From assembly GCF_009914755.1 (NCBI RefSeq), contig NC_060940.1: a stretch of 64,000 nucleotides of DNA; one strand, given 5' to 3'. A program made the translations under genes and the position numbers. Below, piece after piece: positions 46,798-64,000 of the stretch. Positions within the stretch are counted from its first letter, which is position 1, and the number at the start of each line of letters is the position of its first letter. The DNA comes from the human T2T-CHM13v2.0 reference genome, Homo sapiens. Below the pieces are notes generated by a model that did no database searches, was not told where the DNA came from, and saw nothing but the letters and a program-made list of their open reading frames with translations.

Positions 46798-47304
46798 TGA
46801 ACCCCTAATTCCTGTGTTGAAGTCTCCAGGCTCAGCCAGTGAAGCAGCTGAGCAGCCTGTGATGTGGAGGTGCCTAGGGGCCTAGGGCAGGAGCTAGAGT
46901 GTGAAACTGGACCTGACGCCCCCAGATGCTCCTCCCCCGCCTTGCAGGCTCCGCGACCACCCACGGTTAAAGAAGCAGCTGCTAGAGCAACCCCTCACCC
47001 ACCCACCGGAACTTCCCTCCAGGCCATGGGACGTTGGTCTCAGCCGGAACTTCCGTCCAGGCAGTGGGACCTTGGCCTCAGCCATAAGCATCCAAGCCGC
47101 CGTCGTTGGGAGACTGGCCTTCCCATTGGCAGGGTGCACTGTCCATCACAGATCTCAGGGCTCTCATTGGCCATCGTATGGCAGGGGTGGAGCTCACCAC
47201 GCTTCGTCCGCGTGCTCCCCACGTGAAGGCACCCGCCCTGCGCGTGTGAAAGGGCGAGAGCAGCGCGAGATACGGCCTAGCGCCTCAGATCTTCGTTGGC
47301 GGCC

Positions 47305-53047
<5,743 letters not shown>

Positions 53048-53218
53048 AGCCAGCCTCGGCGGGACCGAGGTCCCGGAGCCAAGCTGTACCCCTGCTGGGG
53101 GAGTGCCCTATCTGAGGAGCGTTGTGGGGAGAACATGGGTTGTGCGGGGTGAAACTGGGGCTGGAGGGAAGGAGGAGCCTGCTGTGGTTGGGAGGCGGCT
53201 GCTGCACGTTTGGGCTTG

Positions 53219-53224
53219 AATAAA
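53219..53224 (+). terminator. ADAD2: ADAD2 poly(A) signal AATAAA
   Basis: Canonical hexamer followed by a GT-rich downstream tract. Confidence 0.9.
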
Positions 53225-53257
53225 GAAGTATTTCTGGTTCCTGTGTGTGTAGTTGGC

Positions 53258-53282
53258 TGTGTGTGTGTGTGTGTGTGTGTGT
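53258..53282. repeat. (TG)n microsatellite
   Basis: ~12 TG units downstream of the ADAD2 poly(A) signal. Confidence 0.95.
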
Positions 53283-54164
53283 TTATGTGTTGGGGTGGCC
53301 AGGGGCCCTTTGTTTGCGGAGAGAGCCCCTCACTCCTCCTTTGGGAGGCCCTGTGTTCACTGGGTTCCCACCTGGATCCTCTCACTGAGCCACTGAATTG
53401 TCACCCCCGCCCCTGTTCACAGGGCTGGAGGCAGGTTTAGGAGGGGAGGTGACCTCCCCTGGTTCCTCCTGTTTTCCAGCCTGTGTGCTGGAGGAGACCA
53501 CGGAGGCCACGGGTTGCGGGTGTTGTAAAGGGTGGGAGGGCAGGCTGCTTGGATGTGTGAGCATTTTGTCCTCTGGCCGCTATTGGGGCTCCAAATCCTT
53601 GCCTTTCTGGGCCCCCAGGATGTGTGGGAGGGCAGAGAACACCCTTCCCTGGTCAGAGCTTTAGCTGCCCTGGCCCTCGAGGGTGCTGTGGGGTCTGGGC
53701 AGCCCCATGTTGAAGGGCGTGGGGAGGGCATGAGCAGCATCAGTGCTTTCCCTGGGCCGCCCGGCTGTTGGTCCTGGGCGAGGCATTGGACCGCTAGAGC
53801 CTGCGTCTTCCACCATGGAGAGGGACAGTGCTCCTGCCCTGTGTGGGCTCGGCAGTTCTCTCTCCGTTTCCCCCAGGGTAGCATAGTAAGGCCACATGGC
53901 ACTCAGGCACTCTGTTGACTCTGGATGGGGAGAGAAGATGGTAACACTAAAAGCATGTGTGCGTGCACACTCGCACACACACCTGGAACCTCACCAGCAT
54001 GGGCACTATAGCCGTTGAGCCAGGAGCACAACAGCTTTGAAGTCCAGGGACCTGGGGCCAGGGACAGTAGAGGACCGTGGCCAGCCCTGTGACCCCCACC
54101 CTGTGACTCCCTCCCTGCATCCCTAGCAGTTGCAGGGTTCAGAACCACAGGCTACTCTCCCATG

Positions 54165-54549
54165 TGGGGTGTCTCTGGGAGGGATTAGCATCTAATTATG
54201 GGGCTGAGTAAGAAGATGGCGCTCCCCAGTGCAGGCAGGCACCATCCAATCCACTGAGGGCCTGCAAACAACAAGCAAGCAGAGGAAGGTGAATTCGCTC
54301 TCTCCCCTTGAGCTGGGACATCACAACTCCTGGGTCTCTGGCCTTCAGACTTGGACCAGGACTCATAACATTGGTTCTCCCAGTTCTCAGGCCTTCGAGT
54401 TTGGACTAGAACGCCACCACGTGGGCCCCCAGCACTCACACAGCAAATGGTGGGACTGCTTCGACTCCGTATCGTGTGGGTCAATGCCTCGCAATACATC
54501 TCTATATATCCTGTTGGTTCTGTTTCTCTGGAGAACCCTGACCGATGCA
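54165..54549 (+). mobile_element. MLT2-type (ERVL) LTR
   Basis: CACCATCCAATC...TATCCTGTTGGTTCTGTTTCTCTGGAGAACCCTGAC, typical MLT2 3' end. Confidence 0.85.
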
Positions 54550-56829
54550 GACAGCTCACTCCAGAGCTGTCACTCAGGGCCAGGCCTAATGTTGAAGTCG
54601 TGCGATTGGGTCCTCTCCCTCCAACCCCCTTTTGTCTCTGCCACTGGGTGTGTGTGGCCGTGGCCACGGGCAGCCACTTAACCTCCGTGCTTGTAGGTTG
54701 ACTCATCTAGAGAAATAATCAGAGGGCTGGTCCCAGGGGTGTGTTCTTGGCCAGCCTGCCCATCTGCAGGCCTGGGCTTTCCGTCTGCTTTCGCTGGGCT
54801 CATCCTGTCTCCTTTCCCCACAGTGACGATGAAATGGGAGAATCTGAGGGAGGTGGGGTAGAGGAAACAGCACCAGTGGACAGACTAGACAACTCCAGCA
54901 CGCCTGAAGCATGGTGTGTCTGTTCTGTTTTAACCTCCCACAGCTTGCCATGATAGATGCGATCATTGCCTCAGTGTACAGGTGAGGAAACTGGCAAGGT
55001 GCAGTTAGGTAACTTCTAGAACACCCAGCACCTGAGGTGGGCTGGAGCTGTGGTGATGTGCAGGCCGCCAGGCTTCCAAGCCCTTCAATTGCAGCCACCA
55101 CCCAGGGCTGCAGCTGGATTTCCTTACGTGACCTTGGATGAAACTCTGAACCTCTCTGAGCCCCAGTTTGCTCATTTATAAAACAAGGACTAGGTGATAT
55201 CCTTCCTAAGGTTCCCTCGCGTTCTCTGCTCTGCTCTTTCCCGACTGCTGCAGGAGGTCAGGAGGATGCCCAGTGCTATTACAGGGAAGAGCTGCAGGCT
55301 GGCAGCCTGCGGGGAGGCGAGTCTGGAGCTGGGGGCATCAGGCTGGGAAAACGGCAGGCGGGAGGGCCGGAGAGGGGAGCTGAGAGGCAGGAGGAGCTGC
55401 AATTCACATGTGCAAAGGACAGGAGGTGAGCCCTTGCTGAGGGAGGAGGACTACAGAGAGAGGCGTTTGCACCAGCAGGAAGGGTCCGCGGGGCCGGGAA
55501 AGCCAGGAAAGCACCGATTTCTTGTTTGAGAAGACAAGGATTTTTACCTTTAGTTTTTGGTTTTTTAAAAAAACAAAAAAACAGAAAACACTTCTCAGGC
55601 CAACCTTGAAATAATGATTTCTCGTGGCTCTTTTTTTTCAGGGATTAAGAGAGGGGGGTTTAAGAACACCCAAGCCTATTAGCCTGTGTATTACACATTG
55701 TTTTCCCCAGGAAATAGTTTACATTGATTTACTTTTTGTACTGTAGTAGTAACTACAACCAAATCTGGAAATATACCAGCCATTTCCAATTTCAGTTTGA
55801 TGCAATGAGCCTTTTGGTGTTCATTAATCACATAATCACTGGATAAACAAGTTTTTCAAATCGACATTAACTCTGTTGTGTTCCGCCAAATCAGTAATAT
55901 TTGTCCCCACGTTGCATACATCTGCTTGTCCAGTGCTTTCCTCCCAAGACAGTCTTTTCGTGACATCAGAGTCGCTCAGTTCTTTTGACTCAGCTTGTTC
56001 ATTACTGCGGGGTGATGATGAAAGCTACTTCTGAAATGCGGATCTGTTAATGTCTAGTTGGCCGCATCTCCTCTGGGTGTAAGTTTTACCAACAGTAGCA
56101 TATTTGAATTGGGAAGTGATGTAATCTCACTTGGCACAAGTGCTGCCTCCTCCGAGTGCCATCCCGTCACTTCCTCCTGCAGCTCAGGGCACCCTCTGTT
56201 CCGTGCTGACCCATGTGTTGTCTTCACTCTGGGACAGAGTGTGCCGAGTGGAAGTGTGGACCTGGGAAGTCTCTGGGAAGCCAAGGCGCCACTCTGCCTC
56301 CCCAGTCCTCAGCTTCCCCACTTGCCAACTGAGACAGGATCACAGACATGCAGCCTGCAGGGCCATGGTGAGATGAGGGGGGAAGCGTGCCTGGCACTGT
56401 TCTTGGCTCTCTCGGCAGCCCTCAGCAGTGACTGTCATCAGGCCTATCTGCCATCAGCTCCCAGCATGGGGCCTTGTGCATTTATCTCCATCTCCTCCTG
56501 GGGGGGTCTCCCACATAGAAGGTGCCCAACAAACAAGCACTGAATGGAAAATTAGTTAGAGGATCACTTGCAGGAGTGTAACCTACCCCTATATAGAGAG
56601 AGACCAGAAACCCCATCCTCAAAACCCTGTAGAAGACACTTTGAAAATTTCCACTGTGCTCTGAGCCCTTTTCCTATGCCCTGGAGCAGTCAGTGAGAAC
56701 CTAGAGAAAAGTTAGTGAGAGTCTAGAGGAAAGTAAATTGTTACCTTGCCTCATGGTTTAGTGGTGAAATTACCTTTTTAAAAATTATAGTTTTAAAAGA
56801 TACATATATATTTGAGATTTATCTATCTA

Positions 56830-57095
56830 TCTGTCGCCCAGGCTGGGGTACAATGGAACGATCTCGTCTCATTGCAATCTCAGCCTCCCGGGTTCAAGTG
56901 ATTCTCCTACTTCAGCCTCCTGAGTAGCTGGGACTACAGGTGCCCGCCACCATATCTGACTAATTTTTGTATTTTTAGTAGAGATGGGTTTTCACCATGT
57001 AGGCCAGGCTGTTCTCAAGCTCCTGGCCTCAAGTGATCCACCCGCCTCGGCCTCCCAAAGTGCTGGGAATACAGGCATACGCCACCGCGCCCGAC
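56830..57095 (-). mobile_element. Alu
   Basis: Alu consensus. Confidence 0.9.
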
Positions 57096-57129
57096 CTAAA
57101 AGATATTTTTAAAATCGATTTTCCTGGGT

Positions 57130-59060
<1,931 letters not shown>

Positions 59061-59066
59061 CATTGA

Positions 59067-59748
<682 letters not shown>

Positions 59749-61221
59749 TGTGTCCGGAATTGGTGGGTTCTTGGTCTTACTGACTTCAAGAATGAGGCCG
59801 CGGACCTTCGCGGTGAGTGTTACAGCTTTTAAGGTGGCGCGTCTGGAGTTTGTTCCTTCTGATGTTCGGATGTGTTCGGAGTTTCTTCCTTCTGGTGGGT
59901 TCGTGGTCTCGCTGGCTTAGGAGTGAAGCTGCAGACCTTCGCAGTGAGTGTTACAGCTCTTAAGGTGGCGCGTCTGGAGTTGTTCGTTCCTCCTGGTGGG
60001 CTCCTGGGCTCCCTGGCTTCAGGAGTGAAGCTGCAGACCTTCGTGGTGAGTGTTACAGCTCATAAAAGCAGTGTGGACCTAAAGAGTGAGCAGTAGCAAG
60101 ATTTATTGCAAAGAGCGAAAGAACAGAGCTTCCACAGTGCACAAAAGGACCTGAGTGGGCTGCCACTGCTGGCTGGGGCAGCCTGCTTTTATTATCTTAT
60201 CTGGCCCCCACCTACATCCTGCTGATTGGTAGAGCCCAGTGGTCTGTTTTGACAGGGCGCTGATTGGTGCGTTTACAATCCCTGAGCTAGACCCAAAGGT
60301 TCTCCACCTCCTTACCAGATTAGCTAGATACAGAGTGTGGACACAAAGGTTCTCCAAGGCCCTACCAGAGTAGCTAGATAGAGGGTTGATTGGTGCATTC
60401 ACAAACCTTGAGCGAAACACAGGGTGCTGATTGGTGTGTTTACAAACCTTGAGCTAGATACAGAGTGCCGATTGGTGTATTTGCAATCCCTGAGCTAGAC
60501 ATAAAGGTTCTCCAAGGCCCCACCAGAGTAGCTAGATACAGAGCTTCGATTGGTGTATTTACAATCCTTGAGCTAGACATAAATGTTCTCCACGTCCTCA
60601 CCAGACTCAGGAGCCTAGCTGGCTTCACCTGGTGGATCCCGCACCGGGGCTGCAGGTGGAGCTGCCTGCCAGTCCCGTGCCATGCGCCCTCACTCCTCAG
60701 CCCTTGGGTGGTCCATGGGACTGGGCGCCATGGAGCAGGGGGCGGTGCTCATCGGGGAGGCTCCGGCAGCACAGGATCCCATGGAGGGGGTGGGAGGCTC
60801 AGGCATGGCGGGCTGCAGGTCCTGAGCCCTGCCCCGCGGGAAGGCATCTAAGGCCGGGTGAGAAATCGAGTGCAGCGCCGGTGGGCTGGCACTGCTGGGG
60901 GACCTAGTACACCCTCCGCAGCCGCTGGCCCGGGTGCTAAGCCCCTCATTGTCTGGGGCCCGCCAAGCCCACGCCTACCCGGAACTCCAGCTGGTCCGCA
61001 AGTGCCGGGCGCAGCCCGGGTTCCGGCTCGCGCCTCTCCCTCCACACCTCCCTGCAAGCTGAGGGAGCTGGCTCTGGCCTTGGCCAGCCCAGAAAGGGGC
61101 TCCCACAGTGTAGCGGTGGGCTGAAGGCCTCCTTAGGTGCCGCCAAAGTGGGAGCGCAGGCAGAGGAGGAGCCGAGAGCGAGCGAGGGCTGTGAGGACTG
61201 CCAGCACGCTGTCACCTCTCA
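59749..61221 (-). mobile_element. Full-length solo LTR12 (LTR12C-like, ERV9/HERV9)
   Basis: Minus strand begins TGAGAGGTGACAGCGTGCTGGCA and ends CCAATTCCGGACACA; CCAAT-containing internal repeats; 4-bp TSD GTTG (59745-59748 / 61222-61225). Confidence 0.95.
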
Positions 61222-61413
<192 letters not shown>

Positions 61414-61509
61414 TCAGTAAAGTGGTTATGTAAAACATCTTAAAATTCCATTTTCTTGAAAGCCAGGGTTCCTACTACCACCCATTGCTGTCTTGAAAGA
61501 CCTGATCTT

Positions 61510-61793
61510 GGCCAGGTGCAGTGGCTCACGCATGTAATCCTAGCACTTTTGGGAGGCCGAGGTGGGCAGATCACCTGAGATCAGCCTGGCCAACGTGGCG
61601 AAACCCCATCTCTACTAAAAGTACAAAAATTAGCCAGGTGTGGTGGCACGTCCCTTTAGTCCCAGCTACTTGGGGGCTGAGGAAGGAGAATCACCTGAAC
61701 TTGAGAGACGGAGGTTGCAGTGAATCAGGATCACACCACTGCACTCCAGCCTGGGCAAAAGAGTGAGTGAGACTCTGTCTCAAATTGAAAAAA
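61510..61793 (+). mobile_element. Alu
   Basis: TSD-like AAAGACCTGATCTT. Confidence 0.93.
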
Positions 61794-63420
61794 GACCTGA
61801 TCTTCCTGATGTCCTTGTGCCTGCCTTGGGTGCATGCTCGGATGCTATAGCAACAAAAGCCAGGTGCTGAGGCTCTCATAGGAGTTTATTCCCCACAAGG
61901 CAGTCCAGAGTAGACGGCCTGGGACTGGACGGGTGTCTGCCGCCATCACCTTGAGAGGAGGTGGCCTCCTCTTATAGCTGACCCACAGGTTCCTCATCCC
62001 CCCTTGTTCACTTTCCCGTTGGTCCAGACTTAGTCACAGGCCATACCTCACCGCAGAGGTGGCTGGGAAATGAGTCTAACTGCAGCTCGGTATGTTTCAT
62101 TACTAACAGGACGGTGCGGGGTGTTGGGGAATGGTGTTGGCAGGGTCAGTGGTCTTTCTCACAGGGTGCTGGGAAGGACTGCCAGGCCCTACCCTGCTGG
62201 ACCCCAGAGAAAGGCCTGGCCATGGCAAGGGAACCCTCTGGCTGCACGGACCCCGGCCGCATGCCCAGCGTCACCCTGGGGAGTGCCACCCTCTATCCCC
62301 TCCTGCCCTGACCTCATCTCCTTACTTTGCTCTGTCACTTTCTCTACTCCAGACACAATGGCCGCCATGATCAAGTACGTTCCTGCCTCTGAACCTTTGC
62401 ATGTGCTGTTCCTCCTTCCCCAAAGTGTGTCCTCCAGAGGTCCCCACACCTCACTGCCCTCCCTCCTCCAGGAATTCTTGAATGTCATGGCTTAGTGAGG
62501 CTTTCCAGGGTCACCCTCTGCAAAATTGCAACCTCTCCTTAGCAACCCCCACGTGTCCCTGCTTTCTTCCTCGTGGTTACTTGTCTCTTCTGTTCCTGGC
62601 CGGACCACCCAGGGCCTGGAACCGTGTCTGGCACAGTGAAGACTCGGAGTGAACGAATGCAGAATATGTTTGGGAGCAACGCCAGCCGGCAGTTCCGGGA
62701 ATGCTGCAGCCCAGTGGCCACAGCCTGGCACCCCAGCCACTTTCTGCAGCCTCACCCATGCCCAGTATCCTCTTCCCAATCTGGAGTCCTCTTGCCAGCT
62801 AGTCCTGACACTCTCCCAGGGACCCTGGAGCTGGCTCATTCATTTTCCAAAGATCCCAGGGTCTCCAACACAAACACAGGTATCCAGCACGCAAGAGTGT
62901 GTGTGAGGCTTCCTAGGCAGGTGGGTAGGAAGGCAGGGGCCATACACTACTTGTGAGCGAGACTGTGTCCATTCCCCTGTTCACTGTCTTGTCCCTGCTG
63001 CTGGCCACGGGGCTGGTGCACAGTGGCACTTGGCAAGATGAGGGAAGCGGGTGCCGCTCCAGGGAAGGGATGGGCACTCACATTCACAGCACACCTCATG
63101 CGCGTCGGGTCCTGAAGGGAGAAGGCTTTAGGACACACGCATAGGGCTGAACAATGATTCCCAAGGTCACTACGAAAAGGAGACGTTTCACTGCATAACA
63201 GAGGAGGTGTTGGCTGAGAAGACATCAAATGTGGATGTCAGGGTGAGGTGGTGACTGGGTCTGAGTGCGTGTTTCTCCCTCTGAATATTTGCTAATGCGC
63301 TTTGGATGCAGATTCTCCCTCCCAGAAGGGCAGACCAGCAGGGCCGGCCAAGGCAGGTGGAAAGCCCAAGCTCCTCACCCCTACCAGGGCCAGTAGCCTG
63401 TGCTGGTCTGGATGCCTCTG

Positions 63421-64000
63421 TGTGGCAGGCCAGGTCTCACTAACGCAGGCCTCCATAACAACGGTTTCAGCACTGACCAAGTGGTTCAGTGAAATATTAA
63501 AAGCCGAGAGAGCCAGTGCCCTTCTGCAAAGGCTGGAATGCCTGGGCCTTTCCTGGGCCTTGAAGCATGACAGGATCATGAAGGAATTCTTAATGGGACC
63601 CATTTAGATTCAAGCAAGTTTTACTGCGGGTCTGAAGAAGCTCCCCAGGCCTCCACAAACAAGGCTTCCTGGGGACTAAATGAACTACCCAAACCTCCAT
63701 GATCTAGCAGGAAAGATAAGGGTAATCACCCCAGCACCTGGACCCATTTAGATTAAGTAAACTTACTGAGGCTCCAGAGGAAGAGCTTCAGGACTCAGAT
63801 CTTAGTTATAATGAAAAGAAGTTCATCACTTATGTCTTTAGATGAATGCACATACACAAAGACATATAGCTTCGAAGGTATATAAGCTCTGGAAACTGTA
63901 ATTTTGAGTTGGTATGGCGATAATTTCCAGGCCTTCTCCCTGTGACCAGTGACAGAAATAAAAATTCCCTTCTCTTCCAGTTTATCTGCATCTCGTTATT
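63421..64000 (+). mobile_element. ERV LTR (subfamily not assigned), runs off the window end
   Basis: TG start, internal repeat GGACCCATTTAGATT x2, TATATAAG ~63879 and AATAAA ~63957 in LTR order. Confidence 0.75.

Noticed and set aside
60220-60600. Regularly spaced repeats resembling a CRISPR array
   Set aside because: These are normal LTR12 U3 tandem repeats in eukaryotic DNA, with no unique spacers or cas genes.

Overview
Human genomic DNA that I recognise from the encoded proteins as the 16q24.1 cluster HSDL1 / DNAAF1 (LRRC50) / TAF1C / ADAD2. Three complete coding models can be rebuilt from splice sites, with every phase closing. DNAAF1 (+, 12 exons, 1525-33914) gives 725 aa. TAF1C (-, 14 coding exons, 41061-35014) gives 843 aa, or 869 aa if a 78-nt intron is retained. 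ADAD2 (+, 10 exons, 47305-53047) gives 583 aa. The probable non-coding first exon of HSDL1 lies head-to-head with DNAAF1 in a CpG island. The rest is mostly Alu-dense repeat sequence with L1, MIR, MaLR, MER elements and a full-length solo LTR12. I see no wholly new biological system. The best leads are: three consecutive atypical TAF1C introns (GC-AG, U12-type, in-frame retained); a 544-codon antisense ORF spanning two of them; a ~190-bp local duplication shared by DNAAF1 intron 10 and the TAF1C 3'UTR, with in-frame splice acceptors; overlapping convergent DNAAF1/TAF1C 3' ends; a MIR-derived ADAD2 cassette exon; and a multi-layer TE nest whose LTR12 promoter points antisense into ADAD2. Repeat boundaries and subfamilies were called by eye and are approximate.
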